Part shown: positions 28,846 through 39,174 of the stretch, piece after piece
Layout of the letters: every line of letters starts with the position of its first letter
Numbering within the stretch: the stretch's first letter is position 1
NCBI GenBank assembly: GCA_965205505.1
Contig: CBDBHB010000007.1
Coordinates: forward strand, 1-64,000
Length of the DNA: 64,000 bases
Source: Acidobacteriota bacterium
GTDB lineage: Bacteria > Acidobacteriota > UBA890 > WLXD01
Direction: 5' to 3'
Notes under the pieces: generated by a model
Told to the model about the DNA's origin: nothing
Seen by the model: only the letters and a program-made list of their open reading frames with translations
Database searches by the model: none
Translations under genes and position numbers: made by a program

Positions 28846-29934
28846 GTGCAAGAACAGGTCCTGACGCGACTTCAGGAGCTGGAGAATCGCTTCGAGGCGC
28901 TCAACGAAGAAATCGTGCGCCCCGAGGTCACCCAGGACACGGCGCGTTACACCGAGCTCATCAAACAACATGCTGAGCTCGATCAGATCGTCACTGCCTT
29001 CCGTCGACTGCAAGACCTCTCGAACGGTATTCGCGACAGCGAAGAGTTGCTCGACGAGGCCGACCCCGAGATGCGCGAGCTCGCCCAGGAAGAGATCGCT
29101 CGGCTCGGCGGCGAGCACGACGAGCTCGAGCAGGCTCTCTACCGCATGCTCCTTCCAAAAGACCCCAACGATACCAAGAACGTCGTGCTCGAGGTCCGCG
29201 CCGGTACCGGCGGCGAGGAGGCGGCGCTGTTCGCCGCAGAGATCTTCCGCATGTACGTGCGCTACGCCGAGGCCAAGCGCTGGAAAGTGGACGTGATGAG
29301 CGAGAGCGGCACCGGTACGGGCGGGCTGAAGGAAGTGATCGCGGTCATCGAGGGGCAAGGCGCCTACAGTCGCTTGAAGTACGAGAGCGGCGTTCATCGC
29401 GTGCAGCGTGTACCCGCGACTGAGTCATCGGGTCGCATCCATACATCGGCTGTCACAGTGGCGGTCATGCCCGAGGCCAAAGACGTAGAGGTGCACATCG
29501 AGGACAAGGACCTGCGTGTCGACCGCTTCTGCTCGTCGGGCCCTGGCGGTCAGAGCGTCAATACGACCTACTCGGCAATCCGCGTGACGCACTTGCCCAG
29601 CGGCCTGGTGGTCTCTTGTCAAGACGAGAAATCGCAGCACAAGAACCTGGCCAAGGCGATGCGTGTGCTGCGATCACGTCTCCATGACAAGAAGATGCAG
29701 GAACAGCAGGACGAGCGCGCTGCCGAGCGTCGTGACATGGTGGGCAGCGGCGACCGGAGCGAGAAGATTCGCACGTACAACTTTCCGCAGAACCGAGTAA
29801 CGGATCATCGGATACACCTCACGGTGCACAGGCTTACCGAGATACTCGGCGGCGACCTGGAAGCGGTGCTCGACGCTGTGATCACCGCCTTCGAGGCGGA
29901 GCGTCTGAAGGCCGAGTTCCAAGCAGCCAGCTAG
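28846..29934 (+). CDS. prfA: Peptide chain release factor 1
   Basis: PAT specificity motif and GGQ; RTYNFPQNR. Confidence 0.97.
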   Translation: MQEQVLTRLQELENRFEALNEEIVRPEVTQDTARYTELIKQHAELDQIVTAFRRLQDLSNGIRDSEELLDEADPEMRELAQEEIARLGGEHDELEQALYRMLLPKDPNDTKNVVLEVRAGTGGEEAALFAAEIFRMYVRYAEAKRWKVDVMSESGTGTGGLKEVIAVIEGQGAYSRLKYESGVHRVQRVPATESSGRIHTSAVTVAVMPEAKDVEVHIEDKDLRVDRFCSSGPGGQSVNTTYSAIRVTHLPSGLVVSCQDEKSQHKNLAKAMRVLRSRLHDKKMQEQQDERAAERRDMVGSGDRSEKIRTYNFPQNRVTDHRIHLTVHRLTEILGGDLEAVLDAVITAFEAERLKAEFQAAS

Positions 29935-29961
29935 CATGTTCGGCATGGGCTCGGGGCCGAG

Positions 29962-30834
29962 GTGACTGTCTTGTCCGGGCGTCGAACCATCGATGCCACC
30001 CTGCGCGACGCTGCGAGACGGCTCGAAGCGGCCGGCGTGGACGCGCCGAGAATCCAGGCCACCGCCCTGTTGGGGCACGCGCTGCAGATCGACCGCGCAC
30101 CGTTGCTAGCGAGCCTCTCGGACATGGTCGATGCTGAAACGGCTAACGCGTTCGATGCGCTGATCGAGCTTCGCTGCGCTCGTTGTCCTCTTCAGTACCT
30201 GATCGGCCGTGCCAGCTTCCTCGATTTCGAGGTTCGCGTCAGGCCCGGCGTCTTCATCCCGCGACCGGAGACCGAGCAACTCGCCGAGAAGGCGCTGCGG
30301 CTCTGGGCCCCGGCACACCCATGGGTGATCGATGTCGGCACGGGCAGCGGCGTGATCGCGATCGCGCTGGCGCGTGCGGATCGACGTTGCCGCGTGCTGG
30401 CGCTCGATCTCTCACCGACGGCGCTGGCCGCCGCCGCCGCCAATGCTATCGACAACGGCGTCGAGCACCAGATCACGTTCGTCCGCTCGGATCTCCTCTC
30501 GGCAATTCGATTGCGCCCGTCCTGCGTCGACATCGGATTGCTGGTTAGCAACCCACCCTACGTGCGACCTGACGATGTGGTGCAACCAGAGGTACGCGAT
30601 CATGAGCCCGTTGCCGCCTGGGCGGCGGGACCACTGGGGACCGAGATCTACGCACGGCTGATTCCTCAAGCAGCAGAGCGACTGGACTCGCGTTGCCCCA
30701 TGCTGCTCGAGCTCGGCTGCGGCCAGGCGGAGGCAATATCGGACTTGCTGCAAAGCGATGGTCGTTGGCTGGGCTCCCAGGTGGATCCAGACTTCCAAAG
30801 CATCCCACGCGTCCTTTGCGTGCGGCGGCGCTGA
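29962..30834 (+). CDS. prmC: Release factor glutamine methyltransferase
   Basis: FIPRPETE, DVGTGSG and SNPPY motifs; follows prfA. Confidence 0.94.
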   Translation: MTVLSGRRTIDATLRDAARRLEAAGVDAPRIQATALLGHALQIDRAPLLASLSDMVDAETANAFDALIELRCARCPLQYLIGRASFLDFEVRVRPGVFIPRPETEQLAEKALRLWAPAHPWVIDVGTGSGVIAIALARADRRCRVLALDLSPTALAAAAANAIDNGVEHQITFVRSDLLSAIRLRPSCVDIGLLVSNPPYVRPDDVVQPEVRDHEPVAAWAAGPLGTEIYARLIPQAAERLDSRCPMLLELGCGQAEAISDLLQSDGRWLGSQVDPDFQSIPRVLCVRRR

Positions 30835-30907
30835 CTCCGGGCTCTCGGCCAACCGCGGCTCCGAACCTCGCTACTTGTCGGTCGGCCCAGAACACTACAA
30901 TCCCCAC

Positions 30908-32161
30908 ATGGAAAAACTCCGCATCCGCGGCGGTCGACGCTTGAGCGGCCGTGTGCCGATCGATGGCGCCAAGAACGCCGCGCTGCCGGCGCTGGCCGCG
31001 ACCCTGCTCAGCGACGACGAGACACGCCTGGAGAACATCCCCGAGGTGCGCGACGTCGATACGACCTGTCGCCTGCTTCGTCAGCTCGGTAGTGACGTGG
31101 CCCGCCCGGAGCCCGGCGTCGTCGTGACCCGCAGCGCTCGCACGCCGGAGTCTGAAGCACCCTATGACTTGGTGAAGACAATGCGGGCGAGCTTCCTGGT
31201 GCTGGGGCCGTTGCTGGCGCGCACCGGACGCGCCCGAGTCTCGCTGCCCGGTGGTTGCGCCATCGGCGCTCGTCCGGTCGATCGCCACCTTGCGGGGCTC
31301 GCCCGGCTCGGTGCCCAGCTAAAGCTCGACCAAGGCTATGTCGAGGCGCGCTGCGAACGCCTGCAAGGGGCGGAGGTCGTGTTCGACGTGACTACGGTGG
31401 GCGGCACGGAGAACTGTATGATGGCGGCGACGCTGGCAGCCGGGATAACCACACTACGTAACGCTGCCGCCGAGCCCGAAATCACCGACCTGGCGAATCT
31501 CCTGATCGCCATGGGCGCAAACATCAGCGGCGCTGGCACCGACACCATCGAGATCGAGGGTGTGGCATCGCTGCATGGTGCACATCACTCGGTTATCCCA
31601 GATCGGATTGAAACCGGTACATATCTGGTGGCGGGAACCCTCGCCGGCGAGGGACTTGAGATCGTCGGATGCCGACCGGAGCATCTCGGGGCGATTCTCG
31701 ACAAGGTGGTCGCCGCCGGCGCCGATATTCGCGTCGACGACGACCGCATCGTGGTGTCGCGTGGCGACCTTCGCCCGGTCGACCTGCATACTCAGCCCTA
31801 CCCGGGCTTTCCGACCGACATGCAGGCTCAGTTCATGGTGCTGATGACCCAGGCCAGCGGACGTTCGGTGATCCGCGAAAACATCTTCGAGAACCGATTC
31901 ATGCACGTATCGGAACTGTCACGCATGGGAGCCGACATTCGAATCGATGGCCGCAACGCCATCGTCAGCGGCCCCACCCCGTTGGCCGGAGCCACGGTGA
32001 TGGCCACCGACCTGCGGGCCTCGGCGTCGTTGGTGCTCGCCGGGCTGCTCGCCGTGGGCGAGACCGTGATCGATCGCCTGTACCATCTCGACCGCGGTTA
32101 CGGGAACCTCGTGACCAAGCTGGCGGCCGCCGGGGCGGACGTCGAGCGTTTCCGCGAATAG
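30908..32161 (+). CDS. murA: UDP-N-acetylglucosamine 1-carboxyvinyltransferase
   Basis: [30 protein letters not shown] and DLRAS motifs. Confidence 0.97.
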   Translation: MEKLRIRGGRRLSGRVPIDGAKNAALPALAATLLSDDETRLENIPEVRDVDTTCRLLRQLGSDVARPEPGVVVTRSARTPESEAPYDLVKTMRASFLVLGPLLARTGRARVSLPGGCAIGARPVDRHLAGLARLGAQLKLDQGYVEARCERLQGAEVVFDVTTVGGTENCMMAATLAAGITTLRNAAAEPEITDLANLLIAMGANISGAGTDTIEIEGVASLHGAHHSVIPDRIETGTYLVAGTLAGEGLEIVGCRPEHLGAILDKVVAAGADIRVDDDRIVVSRGDLRPVDLHTQPYPGFPTDMQAQFMVLMTQASGRSVIRENIFENRFMHVSELSRMGADIRIDGRNAIVSGPTPLAGATVMATDLRASASLVLAGLLAVGETVIDRLYHLDRGYGNLVTKLAAAGADVERFRE

Positions 32162-32172
32162 CCGGAGGAGTA

Positions 32173-32520
32173 ATGCCCGACGACTGCCTGTTTTGCCAGA
32201 TTGCAGCCGGCGATCTCCCGGCCACGCTCGTTTTGCAGAACGAGCTCGCCGTAGCCTTCGAAGACGTCAACCCACAGGCGCCGATGCACGTATTGATCGT
32301 GCCGCGCAAGCATATTCCGACGCTCAATGATCTCCAAGCCGAAGACCAAGCCTTGGCCGCCGGACTGCTGACAATGGCACGCGACATCGCCCGCGAGCGC
32401 GGCTTTGCAGCTTCCGGCTATCGGACGGTCTTCAATTGCAACGCCGACGCAGGGCAGACGGTATTTCACCTCCATCTGCACGTGCTCGGCGGCCGCAAGC
32501 TATCCTGGCCCCCCGGCTAG
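32173..32520 (+). CDS. Histidine triad (HIT) nucleotide-binding protein
   Basis: GGAGG SD, MPDDCLFCQI, HLHLHVLGGR. Confidence 0.93.
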   Translation: MPDDCLFCQIAAGDLPATLVLQNELAVAFEDVNPQAPMHVLIVPRKHIPTLNDLQAEDQALAAGLLTMARDIARERGFAASGYRTVFNCNADAGQTVFHLHLHVLGGRKLSWPPG

Positions 32521-32562
32521 CCCTGCCGTGTCCAGGGCATCTGACGCAGCAACGAGGAGTCG

Positions 32563-33300
32563 ATGATCCGAGACGAGGAACACAACGGCGTGCGCTTGCT
32601 GCGCATGGAGCTCGGGAGCGGCAATGCGCTTGGACCCCGGGCCGTCGAGGCGATCAGCGCAGCGTTGGACGCCGAGCAACGTCCGACCGTGCTCACGGGC
32701 GAGGGCGACATCTTCTCGGCTGGCCTTGACCTGGTTGAGCTGGCCGCGTTCTCGCGTGACGAGCTGGCGGCGTTCGTCGAGAAGTTTTCGATACTCATGA
32801 CCCGTACGTTGACCACACGGTACCCGCTTGTCGCCGCGGTCAATGGTCATGCCGTTGCCGGTGGCTGTGTGCTCGCCATGGCGTGCGATCGACGCATCGG
32901 AACACGCGGTGACTTCAAGATCGGAATGAACGAGATGGCCATCGGACTCACCCTGCCGGCGGTTGTTACCGAGATTCTGCGCGACAAGCTCGCCTCCGAC
33001 CAAGCGCGAACCGTGATCCTGGGGGGAGCTCTCTACGCCCCGCAAGAAGCGCAGCGGGCGGGCCTGCTCGACACTGTCGCCGACAGCGCCGACCAGGCCG
33101 TCGATAGAGCCTGTGAGATAGCCCGCGACCTCGGCAAGTCGCTGGCTGAGTTCGCTACCATGAAGGGCAGCCTCACCGCTCCGATCATGGAGCGTTTTCA
33201 GCAAACGCGCACCGCGCTCGACCGGCGTTTCATCGACTCGTGGTTTGCTCCACCGGCCACGGAGCTACGCGAGAAGATGCTCGAGCGATTGCAGCACTAG
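32563..33300 (+). CDS. Enoyl-CoA hydratase/isomerase family protein
   Basis: FSAGLDL and AAVNGHAVAGG motifs. Confidence 0.9.
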   Translation: MIRDEEHNGVRLLRMELGSGNALGPRAVEAISAALDAEQRPTVLTGEGDIFSAGLDLVELAAFSRDELAAFVEKFSILMTRTLTTRYPLVAAVNGHAVAGGCVLAMACDRRIGTRGDFKIGMNEMAIGLTLPAVVTEILRDKLASDQARTVILGGALYAPQEAQRAGLLDTVADSADQAVDRACEIARDLGKSLAEFATMKGSLTAPIMERFQQTRTALDRRFIDSWFAPPATELREKMLERLQH

Positions 33301-33336
33301 CGTCCATCGCTATGTCGCAACCGGTTGCCTTCGAGC

Positions 33337-34014
33337 TCATTCTGCCCTCGGTGAGACCGGCGTCACAGCGGCGGCGCAAGCCCACACCCGACGCGCACCG
33401 GCCGCGCGCAAGCAACGCACCGCGGCGCGCATCGTCGCCCCGGTCGTAATAACGTCATGCACGAGCACCACATGCCGTGGGCACCCGCGCTGCCGATAAC
33501 GGCGAGCAACGCCGAAGGAATCACGCGTGTTGTGTTCGCGGGCCACCGCTCCACGGCCAACCTGCGGCGCCGTCGGACGAGTGCGGCGTAGTAGCGTACG
33601 CAGCCGCGCCCTCGGCCACGCGTGCGCGAGCCCGCCAGCGATGGCCTGGGCCTGGTTGTGTCCACGAGCCCACTGACGCCGCCAGTGCAGAGGCATTGGA
33701 ACCACAGTGACCGTGCCCGCAGGAAACGACTCGAGCAAGGGGGTCATGGCGCGCCCGAATCGTCGTCCGATGGAAACATACCCGTGGAACTTCAAGGCCC
33801 GAACGAGCGACCGGCACGGCCCTGCGTACACCAGCAGCCCGCGGGCCGGATGTCCCCCGCCCAGATCGAGATGCTGATGACAGCGACGCAAAGCCGCTGC
33901 GCAACGCGAGCACAGAAAAGGCGCCCACGGGTTCCGCGAGGCCGGCGCGTCGCAATGGTGGCAACGCGGCGGCAGAAGGCCGTCGACAAGCGCTCCGAAC
34001 ACCCCGCCCAACAT
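33337..34014 (-). CDS. comF: ComF/amidophosphoribosyltransferase-like protein
   Basis: N-terminal CxxC...CxxC, PMPLH...RGHNQA, LVHDVITTGAT. Confidence 0.85.
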   Translation of the reverse strand: MLGGVFGALVDGLLPPRCHHCDAPASRNPWAPFLCSRCAAALRRCHQHLDLGGGHPARGLLVYAGPCRSLVRALKFHGYVSIGRRFGRAMTPLLESFPAGTVTVVPMPLHWRRQWARGHNQAQAIAGGLAHAWPRARLRTLLRRTRPTAPQVGRGAVAREHNTRDSFGVARRYRQRGCPRHVVLVHDVITTGATMRAAVRCLRAAGARRVWACAAAVTPVSPRAE

Positions 34015-34080
34015 AGTTGGGTGAGATGGTCACCAGGATGATGGATCGCAGGAAGTGCGGACCGAGCTCCACCGCATCGC

Positions 34081-34437
34081 TCAGCGGGTCGCCGCTTCTT
34101 TGCGCTCCTGACATTCGATACAGAGGGCGGCCCAGGGAATTGCCTTCAGGCGGGTCTCGGTAATTTTCTCGCCACACTCCTCGCAATCGCCGTAGTCGCC
34201 GTTGTCTATACGCTCCAAGGCAGCATCGATCAGCAACAGCCGGGCGCGATCGTTCTCCGAGAGACTGTAGTTGAACTCCTGCGCATACAGTTCGGTAGCG
34301 GTATCGGCGAGGTCCAACGGGCCATCCTCGCTGCTATTGCGGCGCTGCGTCTCCGTCGATCGCTTGAACGCCGTCGCCAGCTCACGCCGACGCTCATCGA
34401 GCAGGGCGCGGAGCCTTTTCTTCAGAACAGCTCTCAT
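34081..34437 (-). CDS. TraR/DksA C4 zinc-finger protein
   Basis: DLAD motif, GDYGDCEECG...LCIECQ. Confidence 0.9.
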   Translation of the reverse strand: MRAVLKKRLRALLDERRRELATAFKRSTETQRRNSSEDGPLDLADTATELYAQEFNYSLSENDRARLLLIDAALERIDNGDYGDCEECGEKITETRLKAIPWAALCIECQERKEAATR

Positions 34438-34452
34438 GACTGCTTAACTCTG

Positions 34453-34932
34453 CTAGCGGTCGTAGGGATGGCCGTGAATGATCGTCATGGCGCGATAGAC
34501 CTGCTCCGCCAATAAAAGCCGGGCCATGTCGTGCGGGACGGTCATCGGCGACAAGCTGACTAACCAGTCTGCCCGTTCGCGGACCGTAGAGAATAGTCCA
34601 TCGGGCCCACCGACGACAAACACCACCGATCGCGCGTCTTCGAAGCACTGGCGGCGGATCAATTCGGCGAACTCGCGCGATGTCATCAGTTTTCCGCCCG
34701 CATCTAGGGCGGCCACCCACGCGGGCTCGAGCTGCCGAATGTGCGACAAGACACGACGGCCTTCGCGCTCCAACCGGTGTCGTTTGGAGTAGCGGCCATC
34801 CTGACGCTCTTCGGCAACGGCAACGATCCGACAGTCGCGATAGCGTTCGATGCGGCCGACGTAGTCAGCAACGCCCGCGACAGCATAGGCGGCCTTGGTC
34901 TTGCCGACCCAACAGAACGAGAGCGTCCTCAC
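34453..34932 (-). CDS. rlmH: 23S rRNA pseudouridine-1915 N3-methyltransferase
   Basis: FVVGGPDG, SLSPMTVPH, EQVYRA and HPY motifs; follows rsfS. Confidence 0.93.
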   Translation of the reverse strand: MRTLSFCWVGKTKAAYAVAGVADYVGRIERYRDCRIVAVAEERQDGRYSKRHRLEREGRRVLSHIRQLEPAWVAALDAGGKLMTSREFAELIRRQCFEDARSVVFVVGGPDGLFSTVRERADWLVSLSPMTVPHDMARLLLAEQVYRAMTIIHGHPYDR

Positions 34933-35330
34933 GCCTCGCCGGACGGCTCAGCGGGGACCCACTCCAGCAGGGGCGCGTCGCGCCAGAGTCGCTCGAGCTG
35001 ATAAAAGTCCCGCGACGCCGGCACGAAGATGTTCACGATCAAATCGATGTAGTCGAGCAGCACCCAGCTCGCTTCCGACCGACCTTCGATGTGGTTCGGC
35101 TTGGCGCCCTGACCACGAAGACGCTCGCCTACTGCATCGCAGAGCGCCTGTACATGTGGGGCGCTACGACCGCTGGTGATGATCATGTAGTCAGTGAAGC
35201 TCGATGTCTCCCGCATATCCAGCACGACGCTTCGTTCGGCCTTGTGTTCGTCGAGCACTGCCAATGCCTCGGCGATGATCGGCGGCAAAGCCTTGTCGAA
35301 CCGCCCATTCTGCAGTTCCGACTCGGGCAT
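34929..35330 (-). CDS. rsfS: Ribosome silencing factor
   Basis: WVLLDY...RDFYQLERLW. Confidence 0.93.
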   Translation of the reverse strand: MPESELQNGRFDKALPPIIAEALAVLDEHKAERSVVLDMRETSSFTDYMIITSGRSAPHVQALCDAVGERLRGQGAKPNHIEGRSEASWVLLDYIDLIVNIFVPASRDFYQLERLWRDAPLLEWVPAEPSGEA

Positions 35331-36016
35331 CAGGTCACTGCTGCGGTGGCCACGGCGCTGGCCGCGTAAAGTTCATGCGTGTGGATGTAACGCTCGACCT
35401 CGCTCGTGACGCGATAGCGGACGCTCTCACCTGCCCGCGCCCGACGGCGAATCTCGGTCGACGACAGGTCGAAGTGAACCGCATCCGATAGATATATACG
35501 CAGATCGTTCGGATCGACGTCGGCCGCAGCGTCCCCGCGTGTGTCGGTCAACCGAGTATGGACCGACTCCGGGAGTACCTCGCGCACGCGATCGAAGCTG
35601 TTGTTGGGCCTCGATACAACGATGAAGCTGCAAGCTTCCAGCAGCGCTGCGCTCTCCTTCCAGGTCTCGATTTGCAGGAAGGAGTCCAATCCCGCAACGA
35701 AGAACAAGCGCGTGTCCGCGCCGAGCTCATCGCTGAGCGCCCGCACCGTGTCGATGCTGTAACTCTTGCCGGGCCGATTGACCTCGAGAGCCGATGGCGA
35801 GAAAGCCGGATTCTGGAGCGTGGCGGCTACCACCATCGCGTAGCGATGCGTCGCCGCGGCCAGATCGGGCCGCTCTTTGTGCGGTGGTTCGTTGCAAGGT
35901 ACGAACAACACCTCGCCGAGCGCGAACTGTTCGCGAATCGTCTCGGCAAGGAGCAGATGCCCGAGATGCGGCGGATCAAACGTACCACCGAAGACGCCGA
36001 CGCGCCGTTGTGTCAA
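35330..36016 (-). CDS. nadD: Nicotinate-nucleotide adenylyltransferase
   Basis: GGTFDPPHLGH and LSSTEIR motifs. Confidence 0.95.
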   Translation of the reverse strand: MTQRRVGVFGGTFDPPHLGHLLLAETIREQFALGEVLFVPCNEPPHKERPDLAAATHRYAMVVAATLQNPAFSPSALEVNRPGKSYSIDTVRALSDELGADTRLFFVAGLDSFLQIETWKESAALLEACSFIVVSRPNNSFDRVREVLPESVHTRLTDTRGDAAADVDPNDLRIYLSDAVHFDLSSTEIRRRARAGESVRYRVTSEVERYIHTHELYAASAVATAAVT

Positions 36017-37068
36017 TCCTCTTCCCTCCTGTCATCGGCGGTTTCCGCAGCAGCACAGACGCCATTTTCCGCCGCGTCGCGCTCGGTCTGTGCGCGGATC
36101 CAGTCAACGAGCGCTTCGAGGCCCATCTTCTCGGCAGCCGAGATCTCACAGTAGGCGATCTGCTCGTCTTCGGCGAGCTGTCGAAGCCGCGTAACGCCCT
36201 CCAGGGGTGGCTCGAGGTCGATTTTGTTGGCAACCAGAATGCGCGGGCGATCGAGCAGATCCTCTCGGTACAACCGGAGCTCGTCGCACAACTCACGATA
36301 ATGGTCCGATGGTGCACCCTCCGAGCTCGCCGCATCAACCAGGATGACCAACGCTCGCGTCCGCTCGATATGGCGCAGAAACGTCAACCCTAGGCCCTCG
36401 CCGCGATGGGCGCCGCCGATCAAGCCGGGAACGTCGGCAATCACGACGCGATTCCAATCTCCGGTATCCAAGACACCGAGGTTGGGCTCGAGCGTGGTGA
36501 ACGGATACGCGCCAACCTTGCCCCGCGAGTCGGTCAATGAGCGTAGCAATGTCGTCTTGCCGGCATTCGGGCGGCCGACCAGCCCGATCGCTGCGATGAG
36601 CTTGAGCTCGAGACGCAGCGCGCGGCGCTCTCCGGGCGATCCGGGGTGGGCGAATCGCGGTGCCTGCCGCGTCGCGGTGGCGAAGCGCGCGTTGCCACGG
36701 CCGCCGCGACCGCCGCAGGCGACGCGAAATCGTTGCTGAAGCCGGTCGAGGTCAACTAGCAGCTCGCCGCTAACGTCGTCATATACCTCCGTACCTGGTG
36801 GCAGGGGAATCTCGACGTCGCTGCCACCGCGCCCATGCTTGTCGCTCCCTCGGCCGTGCGCCCCGCGCGACGACTTGAACAGCTGGCCTCGCCGCAGGTG
36901 GCCGAGATGGTTGTATCCATCGTCGCAGACGAGCCACACGTCACCGCCGTCACCGCCGTCGCCGCCGTTCGGACCCCCGTACGGCACGTACTTCTCACGC
37001 CGAAAGGAAACGCACCCCCGACCGCCGTCACCAGACTGGACGTTAATGCGGACGAGGTCACGAAGCAT
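36013..37068 (-). CDS. obgE: GTPase ObgE/CgtA
   Basis: Gly-rich Obg fold, GRPNAGKT, YPFTT, DVPG and NKID motifs. Confidence 0.95.
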   Translation of the reverse strand: MLRDLVRINVQSGDGGRGCVSFRREKYVPYGGPNGGDGGDGGDVWLVCDDGYNHLGHLRRGQLFKSSRGAHGRGSDKHGRGGSDVEIPLPPGTEVYDDVSGELLVDLDRLQQRFRVACGGRGGRGNARFATATRQAPRFAHPGSPGERRALRLELKLIAAIGLVGRPNAGKTTLLRSLTDSRGKVGAYPFTTLEPNLGVLDTGDWNRVVIADVPGLIGGAHRGEGLGLTFLRHIERTRALVILVDAASSEGAPSDHYRELCDELRLYREDLLDRPRILVANKIDLEPPLEGVTRLRQLAEDEQIAYCEISAAEKMGLEALVDWIRAQTERDAAENGVCAAAETADDRREED

Positions 37069-37130
37069 CGGGTTACCATCGGCTTCCCGGAACAGAACAC
37101 TCGAACCGCCAACCAGAGCGTACGCCCGGC

Positions 37131-37388
37131 TCAGGCCTCGGGGAGGACGGAAACGAACTTCCCGCGGTGGCCTTTGTTCTGGAACTTGACGTACCCATCG
37201 GCGGTCGCGAAGAGAGTGTCATCGCGACCCCGGCCGACGTTTGTCCCGGGCTTGTAAGGCGTCCCGCGCTGTCGAATCAGAATCGACCCGCCGGTAACGA
37301 ACTGCCCACCGAATCGCTTCACGCCCAGCCGCTGAGCGTTGCTGTCGCGACCGTTTCGACTGCTGCCCTGCCCCTTCTTATGTGCCAT
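37131..37388 (-). CDS. rpmA: 50S ribosomal protein L27
   Basis: [16 protein letters not shown]. Confidence 0.98.
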   Translation of the reverse strand: MAHKKGQGSSRNGRDSNAQRLGVKRFGGQFVTGGSILIRQRGTPYKPGTNVGRGRDDTLFATADGYVKFQNKGHRGKFVSVLPEA

Positions 37389-37392
37389 TTTT

Positions 37393-38118
37393 CTATCCCT
37401 CTCGTCCGCCGGCGAGTCGATCCCGGAGCTCCTTGAGGTCGTCCCAGCGTTCCTCGGCCGCCAGGGCTGCCTGCTCCGGCCAGGTCGTCGGATCGTGAGA
37501 ACGGAGGCGGCCGCCAGCTGCCTCGAGAATCGCCCGAAGCGCCGTTTCGTCGGAGCCAGCGAGGTCGACGAACGTAGCGACTCCGGCGTCCTTCAACACG
37601 CTCTCGATCTTCGGTCCGATGCCTTCGATTCGCTTCAGGTTATCGTCGCCGGGCGACGCGTGCTCGGCAGCAGGCTTCTTGGCAGCGGCCTTCTTCGCCG
37701 GCTTTGCTTCGGCAGCGGGCTTCTTGGCAACCGTCTGTTTCGCCGGCTCCTCTTTGGCGGCGGGCTTCTTGGCGGCCGCTTTCTTGGCCGCCGACTTCTC
37801 GCCGCGGGGCAGCACGATGTCATCGATCTGCAGGGCCGTATACGCCTGCCGGTGCCCGATCTTGCGCCGGTAGCCTTTACGACGCTTCTTCTTGAACGCC
37901 AGCAGCTTCTGCCCGCGACCGACCTCCACCACTGTCGCTTCGACGCTGGCACCGTCGACTACCGGGGTACCAATGTGCACCTGATCATCCGCTGTCACCA
38001 GGCTGACGGCATCGATCGACACTTTGGCGCCGACCTCGTCGCCGAGAAGCTCGACGCGCACGACATCACCCTTGGCTACTCGATACTGTTTTCCACCGGT
38101 GTTGATGACGGCGTACAT
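37393..38118 (-). CDS. rplU: 50S ribosomal protein L21 with Lys/Ala linker and C-terminal HhH-type domain
   Basis: [14 protein letters not shown]...GHRQ, then AKKPAA repeats and [12 protein letters not shown]...WPEQA. Confidence 0.95.
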   Translation of the reverse strand: MYAVINTGGKQYRVAKGDVVRVELLGDEVGAKVSIDAVSLVTADDQVHIGTPVVDGASVEATVVEVGRGQKLLAFKKKRRKGYRRKIGHRQAYTALQIDDIVLPRGEKSAAKKAAAKKPAAKEEPAKQTVAKKPAAEAKPAKKAAAKKPAAEHASPGDDNLKRIEGIGPKIESVLKDAGVATFVDLAGSDETALRAILEAAGGRLRSHDPTTWPEQAALAAEERWDDLKELRDRLAGGREG

Positions 38119-38274
38119 CTGACCAAATCCGATCTTGGGCCGGGAGGAAGCCTGGCTGGGAAGACTCGATAGGCGGCCGGAAAGCGCTTGCGGGGGCGCA
38201 AGCCGATCCCGCCAGGAGAGCTAATCCGCCCCGGCGCGACTGCGGGCGCGCAGGGTACTGAGCCGCAAGCGCTC

Positions 38275-38304
38275 ATTGTAGGGCGAGTCGCGGCCGGCGG
38301 GCAA
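38275..38304 (-). promoter_or_regulatory. Sigma70-type promoter of the rplU operon
   Basis: Minus-strand TTGCCC, 18 bp, TACAAT, about 155 nt upstream of the rplU ATG. Confidence 0.55.
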
Positions 38305-38375
38305 GCCGCCCGGCGGCCGCGCAGTGTCCGGACCGGGCCGTCAGCAGGCGGGCACGTACAACCACGAGCGACCCG

Positions 38376-39158
38376 CTACTTTTCGTCGCCCCCCATGGCG
38401 AGGCGCTCCAGCGTGCGCTCACGCGCCTCGAGCTTCTCGAAATGACGGTTCAGCTCGCTGATCTGGTCCTGAAGAGAGTCCATGCCGAGGCGTGCATACG
38501 AGAGTTCGTAGACCAGGTTGTGGAGCAGGTGCAGCTGCGTCTCATGACGTCCCTCGAGCTGACCGGTCATCTCCGACAGGTGCCCGCCGACCCAGTCGCC
38601 TGTGCGATCGATCCGCTGGTCCAGGGAGTCTCGGACTGCGGCGACTCGCCGCAACTCGTTCGACTGCTCGTTCAACTGCTGGGTCAGCCATTGGTCCTGT
38701 CGACGCATCTCGTCGAGCACCCGCACGAGCACATGCTCGAGGTTACTCGACGTCCGGAGAACTGGGCGGAGCAGGCGCCGCAGCAGGCCCACTAGGCGAC
38801 CCTTCGAACCTGCGCTTCCAGACGTATAGAGGTCGTGGGCCGGGTTGATGTCTGCCGACGGGGCAGGCTCCAGGTCGGCGTGGGTCACCGATGGCGCAGC
38901 GTCGTCAGGCGGGCGCACCGGCACCGAGCCAGGCGGCGGCTTCACCGACGGCAACCTGACGCGCACCTGCGGCATCTCTTCGAGCACGCCGTGCGGCAAA
39001 TGATGGCGTTCTAAACGCGGGCGCAGCGCGGCGCGGCGTAGCAGTTCCAGTTCGCCCTCGGTGTAGCGCGTGCCCGTTTTCTCTGCGATCCGCGCTTCGA
39101 CCTGGGCTTCGAGCGCCTCTACGTCGATCTCCGGATCATCGATCCTGAAGCGACCCAA
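38376..39158 (-). CDS. Hypothetical coiled-coil protein
   Basis: 260-aa ORF with GGAGG SD, directly downstream of the Omp85 gene; heptad-rich C-terminus. Confidence 0.65.
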   Translation of the reverse strand: MGRFRIDDPEIDVEALEAQVEARIAEKTGTRYTEGELELLRRAALRPRLERHHLPHGVLEEMPQVRVRLPSVKPPPGSVPVRPPDDAAPSVTHADLEPAPSADINPAHDLYTSGSAGSKGRLVGLLRRLLRPVLRTSSNLEHVLVRVLDEMRRQDQWLTQQLNEQSNELRRVAAVRDSLDQRIDRTGDWVGGHLSEMTGQLEGRHETQLHLLHNLVYELSYARLGMDSLQDQISELNRHFEKLEARERTLERLAMGGDEK

Positions 39159-39174
39159 GCTTGTCCTCCGCCGG

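Noticed and set aside
28036-29397. Long antisense ORFs (e.g. 28036..29397, 5369..6637, 7380..8591)
   Set aside because: Shadow frames of well-supported genes, expected at this GC content
33445-33470. ComF inactivated by DD-to-HD change in the PRPP motif
   Set aside because: A single substitution in an otherwise intact ORF is not enough to call loss of function
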